Assembly (NCBI GenBank): GCA_963731595.1 | Contig: CAVSWE010000003.1 | Coordinates: 236,948-300,947, forward strand | Length of the DNA stretch: 64,000 nucleotides | Source: an uncultured delta proteobacterium | GTDB taxonomy: Bacteria > Myxococcota_A > Polyangia > Polyangiales > Polyangiaceae | Direction: 5' to 3' | Part shown: piece after piece, positions 20,461 through 29,495 of the stretch | Layout of the letters: every line of letters starts with the position of its first letter | Numbering within the stretch: the stretch's first letter is position 1 | Program-made: the position numbers and the translations under genes | The notes under the pieces: generated by a model | Seen by the model: the letters and a program-made list of their open reading frames with translations, nothing else | What the model was told of the DNA's origin: nothing | Databases searched by the model: none

Positions 20461-21877
20461 CTACATCTCTCGTCGACCCTCAGGAATGCGAACGACGTGG
20501 ACGCTGCAGTGCGCGTTGGCCGTGACGCTCGAGGCAACCGAGCGCCACCAGGCAAGTGCGCGCTGCGATGCGCCCGGCGCGCCGAGCACGATCAAGTCGA
20601 CGTGATTCGCCGCCGCGAGCTCAAGCAGCGTGCTGGTGGCGTTGGCTCCCTCGACCACGTGCAAGGAGGTCCGCGCCGCGGAGATTCCCAACGGCTCCAT
20701 CCAATGCTTTAGGCGCGTTCTGTGCTCGAGGTGCCTTCCGGTCTCGGTATCGAGGTCGTTCGGGTCCTTCACCCACCGGCGCCGCCCTGACCACCGATAC
20801 GCACATGAGGCGCAATTCGGGATAGGGAGAGATGAGCTGCCGTGTCGCCATCTGCAGTGCCGGATTTCGCTCGTCGTCCGGATGCTCGGTGTCCACCGCC
20901 ACCATGATCACTGGGACGCGGTTGAGCGCAGATCGCCTCTGTCGGCGTGCGCTCTCGCGTCGCTGGGCGCGCCACCAGCGGCCGACTTGTGCGGCGATGC
21001 CGATGCCCTGGGTGCTCCCCGAACGGTCGCGGAGCGCGACCTGTTGCGGATGGCGAAAGTCGAAGGCGATGTGCGCGGCTGATTGGTAGCGCGCATCGGC
21101 ATCCGGTTCCAGGCAGCGCAGGATGATCTCCTGCAACCAGGGGGGCACCGCCGGGTTGACCGCCCGCGGGGGCGGCGGTACCCGCCACAGTCGGTCGCGC
21201 ATCCCGGTATAGGTCTGCGGGTCGCCGAACGGCTGCTCTCCGGTGGCCAGTTCGTAGAGCAGCACGCCGAGGGCGAAAAGATCGCTGCGCTCGTCGCTGC
21301 GGTTGCCTCGCAGTTGTTCCGGCGAGACATAGGCCGAGGAACCGGCCGCAAACTGCATCTCTTCGGCGAGCAGGTCAGGATAGCGCGCATGGCGTGCGAA
21401 GCCGAAGTCGAGCAGCACCGCGTCGCCGTGGGGCCGCAGCATGAAATTCTCCGGCTTAAGGTCGAAATGGATGACTTGCTGCAGATGCACGCTGTGCACG
21501 GCGTCGGCGAGCGCCGCGCTGATGCGCGCGACCTCTTCGGGTGCTAAGGGTGCCCTGGCCGCGTACTCCGCCACGCTCGTGCCCTCGATCCACTCCATCA
21601 CCACGTAGGGCATGGCCCGGATATCGCCGGCGGCGACGAAGCGCGGCACGTGCGGACCGGTGAGCCGGGCAAGCACGGTTTGCTCCATCTCCAGGCTGAT
21701 GATGCCGATCGCGGACTCTCCAGGCCCGAGATAAGGCACCTTGAACACCAGCGGAAAGCCAGGCTCCCCGTCCACTGGTCCCGTGGCGCGATAGATGGCC
21801 CCCGTTCCGCCCTGGTGGATGCATTCGCCCAGACGGTACCCGTCGATGACGCTGCCCGGATGCAAGGGTTCGCGCAT
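20461..21877 (-). CDS. Hanks-type Ser/Thr protein kinase fused to a C-terminal universal stress protein (UspA) domain; frame change inside the Usp domain
   Basis: Kinase: GTGAIYRA, VIHFDLKPENFML, LLDFGFA, SAYVSPEQ. Usp: VIMVAVDTEHPDDERNPALQMA..LRLMCVSVV, then in a shifted frame NHVDLIVLGAPGAS..AHCSVHVVR. Confidence 0.75.
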
Positions 21878-21911
21878 GGTTCGAGAGCGGCCGTCCGCAA
21901 GGCGTGCGAAC

Positions 21912-22679
21912 CTAGATGCCCAGCTCCACGCGATAGGCCAGCGACGCAGGCAGGCCACAGGCGCGAATCTTGGCCGCAGCGGCCGCCGCATCGTACGGGA
22001 CGCGGAAAAAGGTAACCTCCTGTCGGTCAAGATCAAACAACGTGTAGGCGGCGGCTGGATTGCGGTCGCGCGGCTGACCCACGGAGCCCACGATCCCCAC
22101 CCAGCGGCGATGACTGCGCGCCGGGATCGCGGTCCCGGGGAAGGGACGGAATTCGCTCATTCGGCCCTGCGCGCTCTCGAAATACAGGACCTGGTCATGG
22201 ACGTGACCGCAGAAGGTGTAGCAGGCGTCTGTCGCGTCGGCGCAGCGCTTGGCGGCCGCGGGACTGTCGATGTAGTCCCAGCGCTCCGGCGCCGCCGCCG
22301 AGGCGTGGACGTAGCACACCGTCCCCTCCCGCGCGAAGAGCGGCAGCGCGGCGAGGAAGCGCTTCTGCTCCTCGGTAAGCGTATCACGTGCCCACTGCAG
22401 CGACGCCTGGGAGGCGTCGTTGAAGTAGCCCGAGCTCCTGTCGATGGCTTGGTCGTGGTTGCCTTTGAGAACGACCGCCCCCTGCGCAGCGTAGCGGCAG
22501 ACCGTCTCGACGACAGCGCGCGCATCGGCGCCGTAGCCCACGAAATCGCCAAGAAAGGCGAATCGCTCCGCACCTCGACTCCGAGCGTGGTGTAAACACG
22601 CGTTGAGAGCCTCCAGGTTGCCGTGAATGTCGGATAACAATGCGGTTAGCAACGGACACGCCCTAGTGGGTGACACCAC
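21912..22679 (-). CDS. Metallophosphoesterase, PPP-family Ser/Thr phosphatase-like
   Basis: LLSDIHGNLEAL, FLGDFVGYGADA, LKGNHDQ. Confidence 0.7.
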   Translation of the reverse strand: MVSPTRACPLLTALLSDIHGNLEALNACLHHARSRGAERFAFLGDFVGYGADARAVVETVCRYAAQGAVVLKGNHDQAIDRSSGYFNDASQASLQWARDTLTEEQKRFLAALPLFAREGTVCYVHASAAAPERWDYIDSPAAAKRCADATDACYTFCGHVHDQVLYFESAQGRMSEFRPFPGTAIPARSHRRWVGIVGSVGQPRDRNPAAAYTLFDLDRQEVTFFRVPYDAAAAAAKIRACGLPASLAYRVELGI

Positions 22680-22981
22680 GCAGTTTCAATGTTAGCAGGG
22701 ATGGGCCGCGGTTCCGTACGACTGGGTTGTCACCGGCTGACAGGAAAAGGCCGCGCGATCGGAAGGCGCTTACTGCAATGCGAGTCTGCGGGCTGCGGCG
22801 CGCTGTGAACACCGGCAAATCCGTAACCTTGAGGTAGCTCTGCTAGCCGATGGAAATGGCCTCGCGAGGGTCAAATTCGGAAGCAGATCGTGTCTCAGAA
22901 AGCGGGCGTCGAGGCGAGGCCAACTGATTATAGGCCGATCCATGAGGGCTGGGCGCGTGCGGCGTCAAGAAAGCACAGAAC

Positions 22982-23430
22982 TCAAAAGGGAGGCGGCTTA
23001 GCGCTTCTTTTGAAGGATTTTCGTCGAAATTCTTCAGCGGTGAACTCCTCCATTTCCGGGTCCATTGCGCCACGGGACGAAACGATTCCTATTGGTTTGC
23101 CATGTTGAACGACGGGCAGATAACGAAGGCCTTTTTCGTACATTACCAATAGTGCGTAGCCAAATGGCTCATCCGGACCAACAGTGTACGGCGCGCACGT
23201 CATCACGTCGGCAACCCGTGTGGCCCGCGCGTCAAGCCCTTGTGCAACCACGCGAAAACCACGTCGCGTTCGGTAAAAATTCCGACAAGACTGATCGCCT
23301 TCAACTACCATGATTGCGCCTGCCTCTCTTGGCTGCCATTAACCTGGCGGCCTCACTGACGAGGGTCTCCGGCGTAGCCTTGAGCGCTTCGCGCGGCCGC
23401 ATGACGTTTCGGACCGGCTCATCGAACATG
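22982..23430 (-). CDS. CBS-pair domain protein, 1 frame change
   Basis: CBS1 MFDEPVRNVMRPREALKATPETLVSEAARLMAAKR.. (frame A) joins ..VVEGDQ..RVVAQGLDARATRVADVMTCAPYTVGPDEPFGYALLVMYEKGLRYLPVVQHGKPIGIVSSRGAM (frame B). Confidence 0.6.
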
Positions 23431-23698
23431 AAACTCCTTTGAAGGAGTCCGGAGCCATGGACGCAACCCGCAAGTGTAAACTCTTGACCCTCGGTCCTTC
23501 TTCAACGAAACTACTCCAACCGCTATTTCGGAAAGTTGATTTGGATCAATTCCGAGTGGCGATCCACGACAGGACTGCACTACTCGCCACCGAGATACCT
23601 CGCTCGTTCGCACGCATCGGACACATTGAGCTGCGTTGCCATGGACGCTGTCCAAAGCAAGGGAGGATCTTCTTGCCGCGTTGATCTAATCCTTCAAA

Positions 23699-24250
23699 AT
23701 GCAATCCCTCCGCATTATTCAAGATGAACATCGCTCGCTGGCGGCTGTCCTCCACGGCATGCTTTACCTCGTTCACGAGATCCGTGACAGGGGAGCCAAG
23801 CCGGACTTCGGCCTTCTGGGAGCGATGATCTATTACATTGACACGGTTCCCGAGCGATTCCATCACCCCAAGGAGGAGCAGTACCTGTTCTGGCCTATTG
23901 CGCGAACGTCACCCCAGTACTGCGCCGCTCCTTGATCGGCTCAAACTCGAACACCAGACCAGCGCAGAGAAGATCCGAACCCTCGAACAAGCGATGGTGC
24001 ATTATCAGCAAGGCGGTGCGCCGGAATTCCCGGCCTTCCTGACGGCAGTGGAGTCCTATGCGACGTTCCATTGGTCGCATATGAAGACCGAGGAAAATGA
24101 GGTCTTGCCGCTTGCAGAAAAGCATCTCACCGCGAGTGATTGGGATGCGATCGATGCGGCCTTTCTCGGTCACACCGATCCTCTGTTAGGCATCGACGCG
24201 GGTGCGAAATACGATGCGCTGTTCAGCTCGCATCGTCAATTTGGCACCGC
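23699..24250 (+). CDS. Hemerythrin-like (HHE cation-binding) domain protein, 1 frame change
   Basis: IQDEHRSLAAVLHGMLYLV..VPERFHHPKEEQYLF | ..ERHPSTAPLLDRLKLEH..FHWSHMKTEENEVLPLAEKHLTASDWDAIDAAFLGHTDPL. Confidence 0.6.
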
Positions 24251-24486
24251 CACCCATCGGTGTGGGACCCGTGTGCTAAGCAGAATGGCGCTTACAGCGC
24301 CTGCTCCGCAAAGCCCCCTTCGCTCCCCTTTTTTGCAACGTGCATTTTGAGGGATATTCGACCCGAGTCACGCGTGCCGGTCGTAGGCAAGCCGGCATGA
24401 GCAGGCCCTGCGACATTTTGCCGCACGTAACCCGCGCTCGCGCTGCGGGGATAGCCTGTTGTTGGGTATAAACTGGGTTGTAGCAA

Positions 24487-25272
24487 TTGACCATGGAGTC
24501 GTGCATGTCGATATCTGCCATACGCCAAACGGCGTCGGCTCCGTCATCATCCAATACCATTGCGTTTTGCGAGCTCAAGACGCATTGCGCCTGCTGTAGC
24601 CTGCGCAGGTTGTGTTTGCCGGTCGGCCTTGAGGCGGACGCTGTACGGCAGCTGGATCAGCTTGCCTTCAAGCGGAACCGGGTAAAAAAGGGCGAAAGCC
24701 TGTACCGGCATGGCGATCCATTCGCCGCGCTGTATGCGATTCGACTAGGGACCTTCAAGACGATGGTGCTCACGGAGGATGGTCGCGAACAAATTACGGG
24801 TTACCATATGGCGGGCGAAATCGTGGGGCTCGATGGTATTAGCAATGACAGATATGCATGTCAGACAACCGCGCTCGAGGACGGTGAAGTGTGCGTTCTT
24901 CCCTTCGATCAGCTCGACGAACTGGCCAACAACCTAACTGCTTTACGACGCAATCTGTACCGCATCATCGCACACGATCTCTGCAGTGGCCAAGATATGA
25001 TGCTGTTGTTGGGCAGCATGCGAGCCGAAGAGCGGCTGGCGGTCTTCTTGCTCAACCTCGCCAAGCGTTATGAGGTGCTCGGCTACTCATCCTGCGAATT
25101 CGTACTGCGTATGACGCGTGAAGAGACTGCCAGTTATCTCGGGCTGAAACTGGAGACCGTCAGCCGCCTGTTCTCGCGCCTACAGCAAGAAGGATTGATC
25201 CAAGTGCAGGGCCGCGCGGTCAAGCTGATTGACTTGCCGGCGCTAAAGCGGTTGGTCGGTCACCACGGCTGA
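24487..25272 (+). CDS. fnr: FNR-type (Crp/Fnr family) O2-sensing transcription regulator with an N-terminal Cys cluster
   Basis: CELKTHCACCSLRRLC plus the internal Cys in EDGEVCVLPF align to E. coli FNR C20/C23/C29/C122; the cNMP-like fold and C-terminal HTH ETASYLGLKLETVSRLFSRL align along the full length to E. coli FNR. Confidence 0.8.
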   Translation: MTMESCMSISAIRQTASAPSSSNTIAFCELKTHCACCSLRRLCLPVGLEADAVRQLDQLAFKRNRVKKGESLYRHGDPFAALYAIRLGTFKTMVLTEDGREQITGYHMAGEIVGLDGISNDRYACQTTALEDGEVCVLPFDQLDELANNLTALRRNLYRIIAHDLCSGQDMMLLLGSMRAEERLAVFLLNLAKRYEVLGYSSCEFVLRMTREETASYLGLKLETVSRLFSRLQQEGLIQVQGRAVKLIDLPALKRLVGHHG

Positions 25273-25559
25273 CCTAGCGCGGCCACAACACTGGATAATC
25301 AGGATGGTTGCCTCTGGCGTTGATCGTTCAGTCGCGCAGAGGCCGTCGGGCGAGTTGGCTTCACGCCGCAAACTGGACCGCGGATAATGGCAGCGGCGAC
25401 TCGCCGACGGCCACCCGCGATGGCTTAAGCGGACCTGTTTGACCTGCGCAAATGGCTCGCTCAGCGCGCTGTCTCATGTTGGCGCGCCGGAAACGAGTGC
25501 CTTTCAGGTCAGCGTAGTATGCGGTTTACACTGCGGATGTTGCGCCGAAAGGGGGAACA

Positions 25560-26135
25560 GTGGCACAGGAACGCGGTAGACCCAGCCTATGGCGACGGCT
25601 TTCCACACCGAGCGCAAGATGGTCCGTCTTAGCGCTAGTGGTCGTAGGTTTGTTAATTGGTGCGGGCGCTGTGATCGGAACGCAGGTCATGGTAGCCGCA
25701 ACTGGCACCAACGAGTTTTGCGGCGGAGCCTGTCATTCGATGCAATGGGTCGCCCAGGAGTACAAGCAAAGTGTGCATTACGCCAACCGCACCGGCGTCC
25801 GGGCTGGCTGCCACGACTGCCACATCCCAGACCATTATCCCGACCTCCTTTGGTACAAGACCAAAGCCGGCGTGCACGACGCCATCGAAGAAATGCGCGG
25901 CGTTATTTCAAGCGAGGAAAAGTTCAAGAAAGAGCGTTTGCGCCTGGCCCAGGTGGTATGGGCGGAATTCAAAGATAACAATTCAGAGAATTGTCAGCAT
26001 TGCCACAAGTTTAGCCCGGAGGTCGTGGCCAAGCAGAAGGACTTCGTGCAACCGATGCATCAACAATTCCTGGCGAAGGCAGCGACCTGCATCGATTGCC
26101 ATAAGGGCGTTGCCCATACGGCACCCGACGAATGA
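25560..26135 (+). CDS. NapC/NirT/CymA-family membrane-anchored tetraheme quinol dehydrogenase
   Basis: N-terminal TM segment, then CGGACH, CHDCH, CQHCH, CIDCH. Confidence 0.8.
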   Translation: MAQERGRPSLWRRLSTPSARWSVLALVVVGLLIGAGAVIGTQVMVAATGTNEFCGGACHSMQWVAQEYKQSVHYANRTGVRAGCHDCHIPDHYPDLLWYKTKAGVHDAIEEMRGVISSEEKFKKERLRLAQVVWAEFKDNNSENCQHCHKFSPEVVAKQKDFVQPMHQQFLAKAATCIDCHKGVAHTAPDE

Positions 26136-26142
26136 GAAGGGT

Positions 26143-26703
26143 TCAGCCCTTGACCGGACGCTTGGCCAGCTTGCGCTGAAGCGTACGGCGATGCATCGAC
26201 AGCGCTCGCGCGGCCTGTGAAATGTTGCCCTTTTGCTCACGCAGCACGCGCCAGATGTGCTCCCACTCCAGGCGCCTGATCGACATCGGTTTCTCTTTCG
26301 GCGTCACCTCGACGTTGCCGACATCGTGGTAAAACGCCGCAATGATATCGTCTGCGTCCACCGGCTTGCAGAGGTAGTACGTTGCGCCTAGCTTGATTGC
26401 CTCTATCGCCGTCGCAATGTTCCCATAGCCGGTGAGGACCACAATCCGCGTATGGGGGTCGAGGCCGATCAAGGTTGATACCAGCTTAAGTCCGGGTTTA
26501 TCCGGAAGCCTCAAATCGACGACGGCGTACTCGGGTGGGTTCTCGGTCGCCAGCTTGGTTGCTGCAGCCGCTGTAACGGCGGTCGCGACCTCGAATCCGC
26601 GCTTCGCAATGGCTCGTCCCAGTGTTTCGCAAAGCGTCGCATCGTCGTCCACTAATAGGAGGCTGGGTTTGTCGTCGCCGTCGTAGGTGCTGCGGGCCGT
26701 CAT
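26143..26703 (-). CDS. regA: RegA/PrrA/ActR-type redox response regulator (receiver plus Fis-type HTH)
   Basis: LLLVDDD..AVVDLRLPDKPGL..VVLTGYGNIATAIEAIKLGATYYLCKP..ISQAARALSMHRRTLQRKL. Confidence 0.75.
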   Translation of the reverse strand: MTARSTYDGDDKPSLLLVDDDATLCETLGRAIAKRGFEVATAVTAAAATKLATENPPEYAVVDLRLPDKPGLKLVSTLIGLDPHTRIVVLTGYGNIATAIEAIKLGATYYLCKPVDADDIIAAFYHDVGNVEVTPKEKPMSIRRLEWEHIWRVLREQKGNISQAARALSMHRRTLQRKLAKRPVKG

Positions 26704-28163
26704 CGATGTCCCTCGAGGCTTAGCGAAGCCAATGGCAGCATGATTTTGACTTGCGTCCCGCCCGCGGGCCGGTTCTCCCAGCTCAGCGTTCCGCCGAGCC
26801 GTTCGATGGCACGCGAGGCGAGAACAACGCCAAGTCCCGTACCCGTGCCCGGTGGCTTGGTGGTAAAGAACGCCCGCCCTAGTTTGGGCTGATCAACGGC
26901 AGGCAGGCCACTGCCGCGGTCAGCAATGGAAAGTCGCAATGAATTCGCCTCCAGGCAAGCGGTGAATTGGACCTCTCGCGGCGAAGCGTCGGTAGCATTG
27001 TTTAGTAATGCCAACAACGCCTGCATCAGCGCCTGATCCGCAAAAACCTCCGTAGCTGGCAGTACGCCGTCCCAATCACAAACGATGTTCGCCTCTGGGT
27101 GCATTGTCCGGCATCGGACGGCGATTGACTCGAGAAATTGGTCCAGGCGCTCACGTCCGCCGCCTATCGCACGCGTATGACCGGCAGCCGCCATCAGATC
27201 CGTAATCGTTTCGCGGCAGATCTGGATCTGTGAAGTCAGTATGCCGGCGTCGCGCTGTAAAGACGGCGAGTCCGCGTTGCGCACGATCTCCCCGGCGACA
27301 ACCGCCATGGTAGTGAGCGGCGTTGCAAGCTCGTGCGCGGCACCGGCCGCAAGTGCGCCGACCCGAAGCACCGCTTCGTCGCGTAGCGCTCTCTGCGCCG
27401 CTTCGCTCAGCAGCCGATCATGACTGCGAAGTGTCGCGACAATGCGCACGACGAACCATGCGATGACAGCAGCGGTCAACGTGAAACTTAGCCACCACCC
27501 GAAAGTGAGGAGATACGCCGGAACGGCTTCGCCTGACCGCATCTCGAGCGGGACGCGGATGCGAGTGAGCGCCACATAGCACCCGACGACGAGCACGGTC
27601 CCGGTCGCCGCAGCCAGGGGCGGAAGAAGCAGGGACATCAGCACAACATGCAGAACGAACAGAAGGCTAAACGGGTTGGTTGCACCGCCCGAAAGGAACA
27701 GCAACAAAGTGAGCGCCGCAAGATCGAATCCTAGATAGGCCGCAATTTCGGCGTGGCTTGCTTCACGTGGCCTACGCAGACGCATCCAAGTCCAGACGTT
27801 TAGGACGATCAGAGCGCCGACGACAAGACCCATCACTGCCACAGGCAACGATACGCCCAGATACCAGGCGGTGGTGATCGCCGCCGCCTGCCCACCAAGG
27901 GCTATCGTACGCAGAATCATTAGCTGTCGTACGTTGGCCCGGAGCGGCGGCGGTGCTACCGCGATAGACAGGTTGGGGGGCCTCTCGGGTTGGGCTGGGC
28001 GAGCGTGGACGACTGAAGGCGCACCATTGATCGATATCGGACTGGCTGGCTCCGGTTCTTGTACGTTTACGGTGAGGTGAGCATTCATGAGATTTTGAAC
28101 ACCGGATCGTGGTCCGCCCGTGAAGGTCGAAGCGACGAGCAATCCGGTTTGCGCCCGCGACAA
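26700..28163 (-). CDS. regB: RegB/PrrB/ActS-type membrane sensor histidine kinase
   Basis: Multiple TM helices with the conserved GGATNPF heptapeptide; H-box AAGAAHELATPL; ATPase G-boxes; overlaps regA by 4 nt. Confidence 0.75.
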   Translation of the reverse strand: MSRAQTGLLVASTFTGGPRSGVQNLMNAHLTVNVQEPEPASPISINGAPSVVHARPAQPERPPNLSIAVAPPPLRANVRQLMILRTIALGGQAAAITTAWYLGVSLPVAVMGLVVGALIVLNVWTWMRLRRPREASHAEIAAYLGFDLAALTLLLFLSGGATNPFSLLFVLHVVLMSLLLPPLAAATGTVLVVGCYVALTRIRVPLEMRSGEAVPAYLLTFGWWLSFTLTAAVIAWFVVRIVATLRSHDRLLSEAAQRALRDEAVLRVGALAAGAAHELATPLTTMAVVAGEIVRNADSPSLQRDAGILTSQIQICRETITDLMAAAGHTRAIGGGRERLDQFLESIAVRCRTMHPEANIVCDWDGVLPATEVFADQALMQALLALLNNATDASPREVQFTACLEANSLRLSIADRGSGLPAVDQPKLGRAFFTTKPPGTGTGLGVVLASRAIERLGGTLSWENRPAGGTQVKIMLPLASLSLEGHR

Positions 28164-28479
28164 AATGTCGCAGTTAGAAACGGCGCACAGGGGATTTGCA
28201 GCGCGTGATATTAATCTTAATCAACCTCGAGCTATAAGACCTACTATACGCTAGACCTTGTGCAGGCCGTCCAGACGCCATCGAGGACCTGTTAAAGGAA
28301 TGCCGCCGCAACGGCAGGCGGCTGTTCATAGGTGAAGAGTTCGATGAGCCCCGCCAGGATAATCCGATCGGCGACTTGAGAGCCGCGGACGTACTGCTAC
28401 GACAAGATTGTTGCCTCGATTGGCAGGGAGAGGCGGGCTTGCACCGGCCTCTCCCCACACAAAGTGGCAACCCGATGCT

Positions 28480-28764
28480 TTATTGCGACAGCACCCACTT
28501 AACCAGGGTTTTCACATCATCGGGTGTGGCTTTGACTTGGGGATGTCCCTTGCCGCCGCTGATCTCGGCCACCAGCTTCGCCTCGGCATCGGCCTTGCCC
28601 TTGTACTTGGCGGCGACGTCCTTGAATGCCGGGCCGATTTTCTTGCTGTCTATCGCGTGGCAATTCAGACAGCCGCTGCTCTTGGCGAGTTCTTCCTGCG
28701 CGCTCGCCGCGCCTGCCGCGCCCAGCGCGATCGATACTACTACTGCGATCCCAATCAGTTTCAT
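28480..28764 (-). CDS. Monoheme class-I cytochrome c (c551/c552-like) with signal peptide
   Basis: MKLIGIAVVVSIALGAAGAASA | ..CLNCHAIDSKKIGPAFKDVAAKY.. Confidence 0.75.
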   Translation of the reverse strand: MKLIGIAVVVSIALGAAGAASAQEELAKSSGCLNCHAIDSKKIGPAFKDVAAKYKGKADAEAKLVAEISGGKGHPQVKATPDDVKTLVKWVLSQ

Positions 28765-28879
28765 ATAACCTCCTTCACCTCGACGGGAATTGGATGATAA
28801 CGTGTACTGCTGGCTCCTGCCGCAAGTTTCCGGCGGCAGGGGTTTATCCTAGCGGACGCATGACCCTGGGAAAATCATC

Positions 28880-29365
28880 ATGACCGATCAAGCCTTAGTA
28901 GAAGCTCTGCACGAGTCGTGTCTTGGCGCTGCGCTCTCAGCCGAACAGGCGCGCACGCTCGCGGACAGCCTCGCATTTCGCGATCTCCGGCCTGGCGAGA
29001 TCCTCGTCAGAGAAGGGACTTCCGACGACCATCTTTACGTCATCGTTAAAGGCGGCCTCGGCGTGATTAAGAATGCCGGAACTCCCGAGGCGCTTACGTT
29101 GTTTGCCCTGAGCGCCGGCGACCTCGTCGGGGAGCTGGGGTTCATCGACCAGACTTCCCATTATGCATCCCTCGCCGCGATCGGTCCGACGCTCGTGTTC
29201 GGACTCGAACGCGAGAAGCTCGAAGCGCTACTACCGCATCACCCCGAAATTGTCTATCGCGTCATGTGCGCGATCATTCGCGCCGTACATCATATTCAGC
29301 GCCGGTTGTCGATGCAATCGGTCGAGCTTACCAACTATATCTACAAGCAGCACGGAAAATACTAG
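28880..29365 (+). CDS. Stand-alone cyclic-nucleotide-binding (Crp-like effector) domain protein
   Basis: ..FRDLRPGEILVREGTSDDHLYVIVKGGLGVI..GDLVGELGFI.. Confidence 0.6.
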   Translation: MTDQALVEALHESCLGAALSAEQARTLADSLAFRDLRPGEILVREGTSDDHLYVIVKGGLGVIKNAGTPEALTLFALSAGDLVGELGFIDQTSHYASLAAIGPTLVFGLEREKLEALLPHHPEIVYRVMCAIIRAVHHIQRRLSMQSVELTNYIYKQHGKY

Positions 29366-29495
29366 CCGCTTCCGGACCTTGTTCTTACCAGCCCATCGCG
29401 CTTGGCGCGGGCCGCTTTACTTAGGCTGTGAGAAATCCACCTGATCTGCCACCGCATGCACTGAAGCCTTGTCGATGATTCGCCCACCAACCGGG

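Noticed and set aside
23419-23655. 78-aa minus-strand ORF upstream of the CBS protein
   Set aside because: It overlaps the real CBS-pair N-terminus, which is read in another frame; no domain signal.
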